Shown here piece after piece: positions 35,800 through 49,736 of a stretch of DNA of 64,000 nt. Where the stretch lies: assembly GCA_964270895.1 (NCBI GenBank), contig OZ185436.1; one strand, given 5' to 3'. This DNA comes from Podarcis filfolensis (lineage: Eukaryota). The notes under the pieces were generated by a model. That model had not been told where the DNA came from and ran no database searches. It saw only the letters and a list, made by a program, of their open reading frames with translations. Position 1 is the stretch's first letter. The number at the start of each line of letters is the position of its first letter. The position numbers and the translations under genes are program-made.

Positions 35800-37448
35800 T
35801 GGGTGAAGAGCAATCAGTGCCATTTGCTGTGTGCTGACTACTTCTTTTCATGCCACTTTATTTAGCTGGAGTTCTTATTGCCCTTAACGCAATTACAGCT
35901 CACGAAATCCCCGAGTTAAGAGGCTGACTTCCAGCAGCCATTGTTTCCTGCCAGCTCCTTCTACATCACAAGATGGTCTCGCAGAACATACTCCAGAATA
36001 TTATACTACCTGCTTTTCACTTAAATTGGAGTATCAACCTTAACTCTGATTCACAAAGAAAACAATAGAAAACAGCAATCTAGGCAAAGTTAGCATGTCT
36101 GCTCCACCAGTAACCACGACTTATTTATTTACTAAAAGCATTTAGGAAATTAGATCTAGTTCTAAGGGCCTTGTGGCGGTTCCCTCACTGCAAGAAGTGA
36201 AATTACAGGGAACCAGCCAGAGGGCTTCTCAGTAGTGGCACCCACCATGTGGAACGCCTTCCCATCAGATGTGAAGGAAATAAACAACTATACAACTTTT
36301 AGAAGACATCTGAAGACAGGCAGCCCTATATAGGGAAGTTTTTAATGTGTAATCTTTTATGCTTTCATATGTGTTGGAAGATGCTGAGTGGCTGAGGCAA
36401 GATGGGTGGGATACTGTTGCTGTTGTTCCTTTCCTTAATGAGCTAATGTCAGCTAACAAAATAGTCAATGGGTGCTGTTGTCCAAAACATCTGAGGAGGC
36501 TTAACACATGTTTATCGTTAATGGCAGAGTGAAGCAGTGCACCTCTAGGTTGTCTCAGAGTTGCATAGACACCTCTGTCTATACTTTAGCAGTAAAGTTG
36601 TTTTTGTTAGCCAGTATGACCTTTATGATAGGCAAGCTTATCCAGACACATAAATGTTGATAAGTCTTTACGGTTAAAATTAATTATTTTTAAAATGTTT
36701 TTAATTGTTTTTAAATGTTTTCACCAATGATTTTAATATTTCTTGTAAGCTGCTTAGAGGTTTTATTATAATCATTTTGTTCAATGATAAATAAAATAAA
36801 TTATACTGATTGAAGAACCAGTCTCGGTATCATCCAGCAAAGCTCTGTGCGAAACAAAGATGCCATTTCCACCAACTCAGCAGAAGATTGCCTTAATATT
36901 TTATTGACATTTGCATGCAATTATATTATCAACCCACTATGGGATGGTGGTTTTGTTTTGTTTTCTCAATAGATGCACGTCCTTTTGAAGTCTTTATTGA
37001 GGCCAAGTGCGGCAACCTGTTGAATTCTCTCTTTGAGAAACTGCTGACTGAAAACCCATACACTAGCTTTTGTAACAAAAACTGGAGCTTTGTTTGTTAG
37101 CTGATGGTGGCAGAGCTGAGAGTGGAACTGGTTCCTAGAGAATGATTCACACTCTGCTACCCACTACAATTCAATGCAATGAGGCACTTGAAGACCTGTT
37201 TTAAGGAGTTGAAATTTTAATTAAATTGCATTCTAATGGAAGAGGCAAACTCTGAGCATCTTCACTCCAATGAAGGCTGACAAGCTCTATGCCGTTTTTG
37301 AAACAAATTAATTCCCACTGTTTCATTGCGTAAGGAAATCATTGGGCAAGAAGTTCAGACAAAAATCCGCACACATGAATTGGCTAAGAGCTCATAATAT
37401 CAGGCAAAATTAGTATTCAAAGCTGTCAGTTTCCATATAACTCAGGCA

Positions 37449-37522
37449 GCAATCCTATATTCACTTACCTTGGAGTAACTCCCATTGAACTCACTGCCAC
37501 TTCCATAACACTATTGGATTGC
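37449..37522. mobile_element. Short palindromic MITE remnant (GCAATCC...GGATTGC)
   Basis: GCAATCCTATATTCACTTACCTTGGAGTAACTCCCATTGAACTC...TATTGGATTGC, resembling a common squamate palindromic repeat. Confidence 0.55.
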
Positions 37523-38802
37523 ATGGACAGTATTCACAGCCTCTGTCTTTTTCAAAACAAGGAAAATTCATTTCCAAGAGATGGGCTTGCAGTAGCACCA
37601 ACTGGTTTCAAGGCAACTATGTGTGCACGCTTCATTTTACTGACAAGGGGAAGTTTCTGCAATGTCTAACTGGTCCTCATTGGACTGGAATTTGTGGTGG
37701 TATCAGGAGAACATACCCCCAATTTTGCAGCCACATTGAATAAAAATATATTGCAAGAGAAATATACATCTAACACATCACATTGCATTTGGGCTGCAGT
37801 GGAGAGGATAGAAAACCCCAGGAAAATTAGGGAAAGGAATACACACAATTCTGTGTTGCAATCACACATACAGGTCCTATCCAAATATCCTAATTGTTCT
37901 CAGCTTCTAACCCTCTGCAGCTTGAGGAAGGGGGATATTTTTGTGTGTGGAAGGAAAGCGTTACCCCCTTTCCCCAAAGTGTCATGGGCCCCATCCAAAC
38001 CAGCTGCTTCTGTTCCTGCAAAGCGACTTCTAAGCAAATTAAAACATGTCAGGTTATCTGATCACATGTCTCTCACATTGCATCTGGTTTTTCCCTCAAC
38101 AAACCATTCCAAGGCACAGATAGCTCTGTAGGTAGTACTGCAAGGTGCACCAGGGTGACATTCCTATTTGTGGTAGATGTGCGCCATACATATATGCCAT
38201 AAAATACATTGCGCCGCAGAAGCAAGACGAAGGCTGGTTCTGCATGATTCTGGTGAAACATTTCAAGGAACTGCTCGTGTGCCCCTCAAGGTATATCAAT
38301 CTAAATAATAATAATCATAAAAATAAATCAGTCTGATGCAATGAGTGGGAATGGAATAGGGTATCCAAAGTGCCCCCTTAACTTGAAAAATCCAAGGTTT
38401 TGGCTGAAATGTTTGCAAAAGGCTATTCTAGTTAGCAATTTGCATAATGACTTAGAGCTGATATGCACTCGCCTGGGCTCTGTTCAAAGAGCCTCTGATG
38501 GAAACATTTGCTTCTTAAGATATAAAACTAAAGGACACACATTGGTGTGTGTGTGTTCAAAGCTAATTAAACTATATTACTTTATTTTAAAATTACCTGT
38601 GTCAAATCAAGCAGGAAAAGCAGCTCTTTCATCCAAAACTCCTCCAAGATTCTCTTTCTACTTTAAATTGGGCTCTTGGCTGAAACAAACATATGCACCT
38701 ACTGCTCTTCCCTCTACTTTGCCAGCCTTCTGTATAGACTGTAGTAAAAGAGGCTGATGTCATTTTTGCCAGCTGAGCAGAACACAAATTCTCTTTAAAC
38801 TA

Positions 38803-38819
38803 TTGCCATCTAGTGGACA
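38803..38819 (-). promoter_or_regulatory. CTCF-like binding motif
   Basis: TTGCCATCTAGTGGACA; the reverse complement TGTCCACTAGATGGCAA matches the CTCF core CCASYAGRKGGC. Confidence 0.55.
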
Positions 38820-40671
38820 GTAGTAATGAGTACAGCAGGAATAATTTTGGAGGGACTAGCAAAAAAAGTTTAAGGCCTTTTCTTTTCCTTGAAGAATGTT
38901 TGAAGAGATGGGTTTTTGGTTCTGATGTATACCAAGTAAGAGCTGACAATGGCAGCATTTAATATTGTGATACCTTTTATCCAACAGCACGGCTTTATCC
39001 TACTAACAAAGACTGAGAACAGGCTAGCATGATGACTAGCTTATCTTCAGCATAGGACACATTCTATTGAGTCTGATGTGACAAATCTGGTTGGCGCTAT
39101 CAAGGGAAGCAAAAGAAGAGGCATTTATCAAGTCAACAATAGAAAATCCTTATTTTGGATAGGAGAAGCTTGTTTTCAGTAAGTATCTATGAAAATAGTT
39201 ATTTTCGATCAAAATAGTCTGGGCTTCCAGGTATTTTACAAGAACTGTATTTGATAAAGATGGACTTTTAGCATCATTCTGAGGCTCTTTTTCTTCTTTT
39301 GCTTTTCCTGAGGTTTGGTGCTCCCCACCCTCTGCTTAACAGAATAATCAAACACATTTGTTTCAAGTAATATAATGAGATAGAACTGAGCAACCTGTTT
39401 CTTCTAGGAAATGCAGTCAGGCACAGTCCCATCCGCTGAGTTACAAACACCTCATTCCCACTGAAATGGTAAAGTTGCGAAAGGGCTATACTATTTGTGT
39501 GGCTATACCACTTGCATCTCCCTTATACATAAAACAAAAAACCCCAATTCATTCCTGTACGTAGAAAACTAGGTAGGGCTAGAACCCTTTTGCCGTAACA
39601 TGTCATTATGTAAAGAGAAATCTTTGTGCTGAGGGAATGTTCTCCTTAGTGCTACATTGAATACATCCCATAATATTTGTATACATATTTCTCAGACACT
39701 TTTCTATACAAGAGTATGCAGAGTTTTAAAAAAAAATCCCCAAATCAGCATAAGTTTACTGATGAAGTAAAATGGTAAAACAACAACAACAACACATTGT
39801 TAATAGATTGTGCTGTTTGCTAACGGGCAACAGGAAGAATATTTCAGAGGGTTCAGCAAAGAACATTAAAGTGCTTTTGTGAAAAACACCGAAGATAAAG
39901 GGATGTAAGCGTAGGAAAAGAGATAACGGCTTTTAAAAACAAGGCTTCATTTCCATCTGGAAGCAACAAGGGAAAAAAGCAAGGGCTTTTCTGCCTGCTT
40001 GGTCTTTTTGACTTGACTTGTCCTTTGTCCTCACATTTTGCTATCACAGGAACTATTCCGAATCTAACTTGGGTTACTTTATTTACAGGTTTTCTATACA
40101 CAAGCACAAAAGTCCCAAGTGGAAAAGGCAAGCCACCTCCTCCTACTGCATGCTTGGCACATGACTGGGTCTGGTGCCCCTTTCCACCATCTCCTATCAC
40201 AGCGGCGTAACTTCAGCAGAAGGATGCAAAGATATTCTAGTTCCTCACAAGCCTATCAGCATCCTTTCAATGCCCCTTTTATTATTGCCTCTCACACATT
40301 AGCTTTTCCCCTTAGCTACGTCACATTCCTTCATTTCCTAACCCTTTATTACTGCAGCCACTGTGTATCTGAATGCCATCTATATTCTACCTCAGTTTAA
40401 GCACCACTGGCTATGGTTAGGAGTAGGACAAAACAGCACAGAGGTAAAAAAAACACAAGTCAATTATATTAGTAAAATATAAATAGTGATATTTGTATGT
40501 ATGCGTGGTTCCTTAACTAGCTTCGCTTCCTTAGAATTGCTTTAAATAAGAATGTTTACACTGTATGGTTACTGTCACTTTAAATTAAATAGCAAATACA
40601 ACATAGGATTCCTTTCAGTAATCGTGTGAGCTTGGTCCTACCTGTATTCAAACCCAAAGCTAATTTTCCCG

Positions 40672-41187
40672 ATGTCACTCTTCCTCAGTTAATTCTCATC
40701 GACTGAGCACACTTGCAGTCTTCAGTCAAGTCTATGAACACTTCCCTGTTGAGTCTCTCAAGTTTTTTCCAGGACTTCTGCAGCCTTCCCCCTCCCCTCT
40801 GCCCAGAAACTGTTGTTACCTCAGTTTCTCCATAATGCTGATTCTTGAAGGCAGAACTCTCCTGAATGCTGCCTCGCTTCCCCGCCATTCTTCTTCCACA
40901 GCTCTAGCCAGTGATTTCAGCTCTCAGATCCTCTCAGGTTTCACAAGCCACTCCGAGCCTCTCCTTAAGTCCTCAGGTGTCCGCTGTGTGACTCAACTTC
41001 CAGCAGATGAACAACAACCACACACACTTTCCCCCGTCCCTTCTTGACCAGATCCCAGCCTTTTATTCTCTCAGAAGGCCCCCACCTAATAATTTCAATT
41101 TGGGTGGAATTCTGCAGCCTTACTGGCCTACAGTCAACCAACTAAAATTGATCAGATTCTGATGCCTTGGCTCAAGTACGTGGGCCA
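40672..41187 (-). mobile_element. Possible solo-LTR-like element
   Basis: TG...CA ends (TGTCAC / GGACACA) and a TATA-like ATAAAAGG on the minus strand. No clear TSD. Confidence 0.25.
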
Positions 41188-44100
41188 TATCCCCCAGTTG
41201 GACACATTGCAATAACTGCTGCTCAGCCTCCCTGCAGATACATGGCATCTCCCGGTATAAACTCATCATGACAGTTCACAGTTAATCTTCTACATTAAAC
41301 TATGAATAAATCCATTTATGCCCAAACGAAAACTTTCACCTCAGTTCAGAAGGGGATCTCACAAATACACACCTCTGAAATGCAGAAGCACACCCTTCCC
41401 AATTCTGCAATGAATAAACAACTCACAACCATAAAGGAATAGCTAACCTTAGCAGTGGAGTCTATTTTGCTAAGATTCCCCCTCCCCTTCAAAAAATAAA
41501 AATAAGAAAATGTCCAGCCTTTGGCCTCAAGGTGATTGTATTCTCCTGCTGTGGGGTGATGGTGGATGGTTTTAAGGCAACTGCTGTTTTTATCAGCTTC
41601 TCAGCAGCTTATTTTGGATTGTTTTTCTGCAATAACCTACAATGTAATAAACCAAGTGTGTAAATATTCCTGGCATCAAAATTGTCAGTATATAAATTTT
41701 GCCATATATAAATTGTCCCAATAGTTAGTCTGCAAGAAATAACTCTGAAGCAGTCTATGTTACATCAATATATTTATTGCCTTAGAGGTTGAACTCTTTT
41801 GTATACAGAAATCTAAATCCATCAAGCAAAAATAAATAAATAAACTGTACATTCATTTTTAGGTTCATAGCAGCAATTTCTTCTCAGAAATAAAACAGGA
41901 AGACAGATTAAACAGCTTGCATGTTCCTTCTAGTCCCAAGTACTCTGGTGAGTACAGCATACACTTGCAACTAAACTGGGCTTTAGTTCAGAGTATTTGC
42001 GTGTGCATTATATGCCATATATCTATCCGTTCTGATCTGTTGAGTTGGAAAGCTAGAGAGCTAATGCCTGACAAAAAGGGTGTGTAATAGGTATTTTTAC
42101 TGTATTATTATTTTTTACATTTTACATTATACAAAAAATGCAAACGTTACCCCTTTATTTACAAATGCGAACAGTCTCAGAGGGAAAATAGACACAGAAA
42201 GCAAAGGCATAGAAGAATCAAACCCAGTTATTGAGGCTAAAAGTATACCTGCACTACAAATTTTAATCAATTTTGAGCCTCCAATGGTTTTTAAGCAAGG
42301 AACCTTGTGAACTGAAGTTCACTTTGAAGTCACTAAACTACAGTTCCCAAGGTTCAGTGGGAAGACCAGGCCACTTAAACCAATTTGTAATGTAGTTCAG
42401 GTTCACTTATCTAAGCTTTAAACGCTGAAGCCAACCTTTATCATTAAGCCGGGAATGTATCAGTACAGCAGTCAGCTGAAGAAATTCCTAACAATGCCAA
42501 GAGAGGTTGGACAAGTATTTCTGGTTGTTTGTTTCTCAGCCTAAAACTGATCTTACCAAGGAGATGATACTAGGATACAGCTGCACTTTGCTCTGAAGTA
42601 GTGAAAATCAAACATAATTGCGAAAGGAGCCTGGAGCAGCTTTCAGGGTCCCCCCCCCTTCTCCTGAGGGAAAGCTTCAATCTTCTGAGAGAAAAGGGAA
42701 GAAACAGACTAGCTATGTTTGTACACAACCTGATCAAACTACTTTTCACTCTAAACGAATACAAGTCTGACAGAGTCTCAGGTGTACTAATCCTATTCCT
42801 TGTTGTGAAGCTAATAAAGCAGGTATCCAGAAACATGATAAGCCTTTTTCTCTTTCATGACAGGCTTTCACCTCTGACAGCCAAGAGCAATAGCTCTTTT
42901 CAGAGACATCTAAAAAGGGCTTGTATACATCAAGAGACAAGTTATTCACATTACTCCTCCACTAAAGTAGGCCTCTGACATCCATTTTGAGGAAGAGCTT
43001 CAACAAGGCACTGGTGTATTCCTAGTGCTGAATAGAAATGTAATTCTCTGCATCTTCATCCCCAACAGGAATTCTGTTGCAAACTGGGGAAACAGAATTA
43101 AAATATGTTTCAACCACTCCCAGAGTATGCTTTGAGCTGCATGGAATGAGTAATGAGTTTTGACACATAGCAGATTCTTACTGATGGAAGTGTAAATAGG
43201 CACTATTGAACTCATATTGAGACAAAAATTGTCAAAGCAATATAGGAATAATTTTTTTCTCTCTGGGTATTTTCTCTCTTTACACAAAAAATCCCCCAAT
43301 GGCAGCAAGTCTGCAGCAGGAAAAAGTTCGGCTTTGAGACCTCCATTCAGCCTGCCAATAACACAGTTGCCACCTTCAGAGCCACACATACCTGCATTTG
43401 CAGGGTTGCCAACTCTTCACAAAAGTTGAAAAGCAAGGGAAAGGCTCAGTACATGTAATTTTCTTGCCGCAGTGATGGAACAAAACCACCTGCCACACAG
43501 TAACTGAGAGTTTAAATACCAAAACCTCTACATGGAAGTCTAAAAAAACAACCACTTTGCGTATTTGTGGTAGTGTTCTACAAGTGAACATTTGTCACAT
43601 CACTGGTATGGAAATGCTACAAACACCTGGGTGACTCATACATGGGTACAGAGTTTTCAAATGTCATACTTGCTAAGTAAAATGTGGCCACACAGACCTT
43701 TTTGGTTTTGATTCTCCATAACTTTCTGTTTTCTTCTTTTTAATTGTTGGATTGAATTGGAGAGTTGTGTGTTTCATATCAATCAGGCAAGAAACTAACA
43801 GAAAAATCTGGAAGAGGAAAGCTGATGAAGAATATGAAAACGTCCCCCTTTCCAGACATTCGTGCCTTACTCATCAGGTCTATATAGTGGCTTTGTCTCA
43901 AATTTATGAAGTTACTATCTTTGGAGAGCGGGGGCACTTTACGTTTGACACCTTTGCAACTTTAGAAACCAAGTGGCAAGACAGGATAGGAATTCTAGTG
44001 AGAAACTCAATTTCTTGCCAATAAATAAATAAATAAATCCTGAGTTAATTTGTGGTGTGTGGGAAGAATAGTAAGACAGGCAGATATGCTTCCATAAGTA

Positions 44101-45509
44101 CTACTTATACAAGGCGAATTGCAACTCCAAAACAACAGCTTGGAAATTAAGCTTAGCACCTTTGATCTAGAGGCTTCAAGTAACAATAGAAAACGTGCAA
44201 GTCAGTAAGAGTCCGAAGATATTTTTAAGAATTCAAAAGAGAAAGAGTCTTGTGAAGTTGACAGTGGATATGGGACCACAGACAAAGTTGTTAACCAGGC
44301 TTGACAGTGAAAAGGATTCTGGAAGACAAAAGCAGCAGCAATTTAAACACTGAAGCATGAGGTAGTAAACTTACAGAGGCAGGCTTATGAAAGCATTTGG
44401 CCTTCCAAAGAATATGGATAAAGACCAGTGAAGGGAAAGATCATTCAGGAAAAAACAAAATTTGATGGTCCACTTAAATTTGTATTTGGGGACCTAACCT
44501 TAGTGAAGTAGAATGTGAAAGAGCAGGCATCTCAAGAACAGACACGAGGCCTACCCACCCCCCAAAATAGAAAATGTGGGATATATATATATTTAAAGGG
44601 AGAGGTGTCTAGGTGAACTTTTTAAGTTAAAAGAAAACTCTCTGGAGCAGAGTCAAGAAACTGTACTTTGAGGAGAAAAGAGCCACAGAGGAAGAATCAA
44701 GAACAGACACAAAACTCGTTAAATCCAGCCACAAGAATCTCTTAGGATCATTTTTGTGATAGCCTTTGCAGCCAAAGGTGACTGGGGAAAATCAAACTGG
44801 AAAGGGCAAAAGGCAGGCTGCTAAGGGAATTCAGAAACTAGTATTTCATGTCCCTGGGGTTTTTTTTTGAAGCAAGGAGGGTGAAAGAGTGAAAAACATG
44901 TTTGTGACATGTATTTTAAATTGCAGCATGGCAAAGAATAACCCGAGGGAAAAAATAACATCATCGAAGACATTTTGCATATCCCATTCCCACTCAATGG
45001 GGAAGCTACACATCTGGTCAAAACATAGCAAATGGCGGGTGAACTCCAAGTTCAGCTCCTTTTCCCTTCCTAGCTCTTGTACCTTCCTTTCAGTCTGTCG
45101 TCTTGAGCTGTACTAGATTGACAATAAAATGGCTAATTCCTTGAACCTCACAATACTCAGGGCAGAACTTCACACAGTGGATCATCCCATGCTTCTTTTT
45201 CACACATTTTGAAGCAGGCGGGCTGTGGGACACAGCCCTTTCTCCTCATGCTGTTTTCTCCACTGAAGATTGCTTTACTCTCCACTGAGGAAAGCTTTGG
45301 GACTCCCCAGGAAAAACAACATGAACAAAAAGGGTTAAGAAGCCCCTCTTCTCCACACTGGCCTTCCTTTTCAAACTGCAGCCTCAGTTTTCGGGGGTGA
45401 GCATGACATTCAGAGCTCCTCCAAATTGGGGCCATTTCACCAAATATTTTCTGAAGGGGAATAATTCTCCAGATGATTTGGGAGAGGGCTCATCATTAGC
45501 AGCAGAAGA

Positions 45510-45512
45510 TTT

Positions 45513-45564
<52 letters not shown>

Positions 45565-45565
45565 T
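45510..45565. repeat. (TTTC)n microsatellite
   Basis: About 14 tandem TTTC units. Confidence 0.97.
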
Positions 45566-46623
45566 GTACAAAAAGATCCTGTGAATCCCACATGATGCCA
45601 TGACTCTGCAAATTTCAAGGCACTGAGTGGGGAAAAAATGGTTGCCTCCAAACACAAAAGTTGGAACAATCATCTGCCCTCTTGACCTTGAAACTTAGGA
45701 GAGCCTACCCAGCCCATTTTGCAGTCCACAACTCGGCTGGAGAAATAAGAGGAAAGAAACTGAGCTCCACCCATGAATTTTTTTTTAAGCCTGAAAAAAT
45801 GATAATCACAAACTACATGCAATTGTCTAAGGGTTACTATCGATGGTGGAAAACGCCAATCATTAGAAGATTGTCAGGTTATTCTAGAAAATCAGAACTG
45901 ACTTATAAAATGTAACCTATATGTTTTGAGTTAGAAATCTGTGTTTTTGAGCTTAATAATTCTACAGAGACTTTTAAAATGCCTCCCAATACAATAGTAA
46001 TTGCATTCCAACACAAGCTATGGCAGCAAAGTCCAGCTATTGGAGTGCTACATAGACACACGCACTGTAAACAGAGGGCACTATTATACAGCACCATAAA
46101 ATCTCTCTTGGCAGACACTTTATATATATGTATTGTTACAACATGTTGCACAGCTTCTTCTGATGATTACTGAATCATAAGGGGGGGAAACAGTTAATAA
46201 TACCGATTTTCTAAATAGTCACCATGCATACTTTTCAGTAGTCTTAAAACATGCTTCTCAGAAACAATCAAACTAGCATTAGAGGCATGTCATTCAGAAC
46301 CTAGAAGCAATCAGGACTACGCTTGCAGGTATCACAAGCAAATTATTCTCTTCAATCACCATCAGGGAAATCAGCCACTTCTATAATGTATAACTGTGCC
46401 TAAACATAAAACACCATCTTCTCTATTTTAAGCAACTTATGTACATCGCCTTAAGTCTTTACGGCTGCAACACACAAATGGATGAAATGAACAACAACAA
46501 TAAAAAAAAACCTGGATTGCAATTTTCTGGGTTGTTCCAACCCATTTTACAATACATACATTTAGACAAGCTCCAGGTAGAGAAGTTACATAGTTAGCTA
46601 CATTCACTGTTTGCTGGTGGCAC

Positions 46624-46649
46624 GGGGTGGGGTGGGGTGGGGTGTGGGG
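46624..46649 (+). repeat. (GGGGT)4 G-rich repeat, potential G-quadruplex
   Basis: GGGGTGGGGTGGGGTGGGGTGTGGGG. Confidence 0.8.
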
Positions 46650-47324
46650 AAGCAGGGGAAGATGGTTTTAAGAGCATAGGCTGTGTAAATACTGAAGAAA
46701 AGGCCAAATACTGTCTTTGATCACAAATGAGTTAGAGAGAAAAGGCATCCCATCAGCAAATAACCACTTGATTCAGTTTCCATTCCCTTTTCGTTCAAGA
46801 CACAAGAGGGCACTGTGATTCAACTCTGGAATACCTCCCCACCCATGCATGCTATTAGGAGGAGGGAGAGATGAGATCCAAACAAGTCCATGCCTAAAGC
46901 CATTCCTCCTTTTCACACGCTCTGAATTCCATTGCCATTTTTTATAAACGTGCTTTTCCATGATTTCAAATTACTAGCATTCCACAATGAAGTACCAAGG
47001 TCAATGGCATACTCCGCTTCTTTTGCAGCCACATAGCAAAAACAGAGCTACTTGTTTCAGACCACATGGGTTTTTAATATACAGCAATACTTGCCCCACA
47101 AATTCTGGAAGTTCCACAGTTCAAGGACTTAGGAGATCTGTCTCTTTGTGGAGGCAGCAAGTTCCTTAGCCAAATTTTAGTCCAAACAAGCTGGTAGCTG
47201 GCTCAAGATGCTCTTGCCTTCCTCCCTTTTAGTCAGAGGAAGAGAAGAAGTTACAAAACAATTCACAAAGTAGCATGCAGCTGTCACCACTGTTCATGCT
47301 GCTGGCTGAGTAATGGCAATCAGA

Positions 47325-47708
47325 TCAATGGGCTAGATGAACAAGCAAGACATTCTCCCCCCGAATAAAAATCTGGTTTATGTGCCGCGTGAAAACTTGC
47401 TGGTAATCCACTTTGGGCCTCCGCTTTTTCCGTGAACGACCTCTTGTGCCACCTGCACTAGTCCCTTCTGTTTGGGAGATTCTGCCAGACAGCTCAATCT
47501 CTTTCCCGTAAGTTCGAGGCAGGCTAGAGCTCCGTGTCCTCTCTTTGCTCGAATGCTTCTTTGCCCTTCGTTCTTCTGACCTCCTCCGACCTGACTCGGA
47601 CTTCCACCGAAGTGTCCTAGGATCACATGGAAGAGCTGGCAGATCAGCAGCCATCTTTGAAACATCCTTTTTAACCAGGGACTCTTGCAGCTTGAGTCTG
47701 TCAAACAG
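47325..47708 (-). CDS. LSM11: LSM11 exon 4 (Sm2 motif, stop TGA)
   Basis: ctgtAG|CTG; 384 nt; [15 protein letters not shown]...[31 protein letters not shown]. Confidence 0.98.
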   Translation of the reverse strand: MFDRLKLQESLVKKDVSKMAADLPALPCDPRTLRWKSESGRRRSEERRAKKHSSKERTRSSSLPRTYGKEIELSGRISQTEGTSAGGTRGRSRKKRRPKVDYQQVFTRHINQIFIRGENVLLVHLAH

Positions 47709-48074
47709 CTACAGGGGGTGGGAGGAAACAAATATGTCATCAAAGCTGTCATCTCATTCTGTAATCTGAAAGCATATGGCCCACCACGGAGGGCCAAGCT
47801 AGAGAGTGGGTGTTTTTTGCAAGAGGAAAAATACACAGCAATGCTTTTCATGTACAGTACTTTCTGTTGGCTGGATAATACAAATTGTAAGCACTCTAAT
47901 GCTAAGGAGGTTACTTATTTGGCAGTTATGGAGTTATCCAGCTTCCACGTTTTCTGTGTGCATTACTAACGCACCTCACACATGTACAACTAGCAGATTT
48001 GACTTTGTGACAAATGCCACTGCCATGACTTTGTACTGCTCTGTTAAATCCTGGGGCTAAAGCAATAGATCAAT

Positions 48075-48175
48075 CTGATTTGAGCTGTAACCCCTCTGGG
48101 ACAAGGACTGCATCATTTCAGTCTGTTGTGTGAATAGAGCCTAGTTCATTGCTGGCGTTGAATAAATGTTAAACA
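48075..48175 (+). mobile_element. L2-type 3' terminus
   Basis: TGTAACCCCTCTGGGACAAGGACTG...GCCTAGTTCA...GGCGTTGAATAAATG, typical L2 end pattern. Confidence 0.5.
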
Positions 48176-48841
48176 GTAAGCGGCACTAGTGGATACATTT
48201 TGCTGGATAAATCTGCTGACCACTGGTCATGAAGAGCAATGGCTAATGGAGAACTCACACATGGATGCTCATCATTTTAGGAAGCTGTCCATGTGAAAAG
48301 GCTATCAAGAGCATAACCACAGACTGAAGTTTCCTCTCCCTTTAACAGTGTTTCCCAAGGAAGCAGGTTGCAAAGCAACAAGTCCTAAGCCATCAAGCAC
48401 GTGTATACCAGTTGCAAGTAAAAAAAATTACACTGTCTGCCACCTATAACTGAAGCTTGCAAAACACATCCAGTATCAAATGTTTTAAATTATGTTTTGT
48501 AGATATTTATAGTTTGCTTTTATTGCGTTCCATATGTTGTAAGCCACCTTGTTAACATTTTATGAAAGAGTGGATTAATGTTGCCAAGTGCGCCAAAAGA
48601 TAAAGGTTTTGGAAAAAGAAATCTCTACCCTTGGCCAGCAACTTTATAAGTTCTTTACAAGGTAAGGGCTGGAAAGTGGGAACGGGGCCCACTTTTGCTG
48701 CTCTATCCATTTACCTAACATTAAGAAATGAGCTAGCGCTACAGCTTAACCTTAAGTCTGTTTTGAAATAAAATACACCCTTAGTATGTGGGAAATTGAG
48801 CTTGTAGGCTTAACTTTAGTGTACTTGCACCAGCCAACTAC

Positions 48842-49045
48842 AAGGCTGGCCCAAGACATTTTGCTGTCTGAGGCAAAGAACAAGATGGTGCCCCCCCCCC
48901 ATTCCATGTACAGAATCCAGCTGGAATGGAAATTAGCAGGCTAGCTTGGGTAGGCCATGGTGTGGCACACACAGCTCTCCCTTCCAACACCTTGCCACCA
49001 TTCTCTTCTCCTCCATATCTGCTGCCTCACTCTGCCTACTCTGGC
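48842..49045. mobile_element. Degraded non-autonomous DNA transposon (hAT-like)
   Basis: AAGGCTGGCCCAAGACATTTTGCTGTCTGAGGCAAAG...GCTGCCTCACTCTGCCTA resembles a recurrent squamate element (from memory). Confidence 0.4.
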
Positions 49046-49652
49046 AACCTAAAAGCAACACGACAGGCCAATAATTTGATTACAACACTTTATATAGCTA
49101 CAAAATTGTATCTTCATTCAGAGTCAAGTGGCATACAGTATATACAAGGTAACACCAATTAATGTGACTTCAGAGAATTTCCCAAAGTAGAGGATTTTTT
49201 CAATGGTGTATCAAACAGAGAACGATTCAAGCTTAAGGCAACATGCCTTCCAAAATAAGTATAAAGTCCCAACCACAGCACGGATGCGCCTGGTTATATT
49301 AACGACTTATTCATATATTTAGCAGTGAACACGCTGAAAGAAGTTGATGCTCCAGACACAGTAGAAGGACAGTCCTTCCTGGATAACCGACTGTTTCAAA
49401 CTTTCTTCCTCAGCAAATAAGAGGTCCAAGAGGGTACATAGGTTACAATGGTTCAGCTTTCACTACTAATTAGTGACTCTGAATGAAGATACAATTTAGT
49501 AGCTATATGAAGTGTAATCAAATTATTAGCCTGTCGTGTTGCTTTTAGGTTGCCAGATTTTTCTGTTCGCAACACAGGGGATCTTTGCTGTCACTCTGCC
49601 TAACGGTAGGGCTGGCCCAGAACAACAGACAAGCGGAAGAATGGCTACTTAC

Positions 49653-49736
49653 CCTGGTGAGAGTCAACTGTGGCTCTACATAGAAAGCTTTACCCAGCAC
49701 AGGTTTTCGATACGTCTCATCTACGTCTGTCAGGGC
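49653..49736 (-). CDS. LSM11: LSM11 exon 3
   Basis: cctAG|GCC...AGG|GTaagt; 84 nt; [28 protein letters not shown]. Confidence 0.98.

Larger units (their letters stand above)
41760..47324 (-). other. LSM11: Probable long LSM11 3'UTR (distal end uncertain)
   Basis: Follows the stop codon with no splice or ORF signal. Candidate minus-strand AATAAA at 42154-42159 and 41775-41780. Mammalian LSM11 has a multi-kb UTR (recalled). Confidence 0.4.

Noticed and set aside
42892-42907. Histone stem-loop look-alike AGCTCTTTTCAGAGAC near the U7 snRNP gene
   Set aside because: Only 4 bp pair, the essential base G-C pairs are missing, it is antisense to LSM11, and there is no histone ORF upstream.
43823-43850. 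CTGATGA...GAAA hammerhead-like spacing
   Set aside because: No stem II or stem I pairing.
45384-45673. ORFs with KERK/FFLS repeats
   Set aside because: Translations of the (TTTC)n microsatellite.
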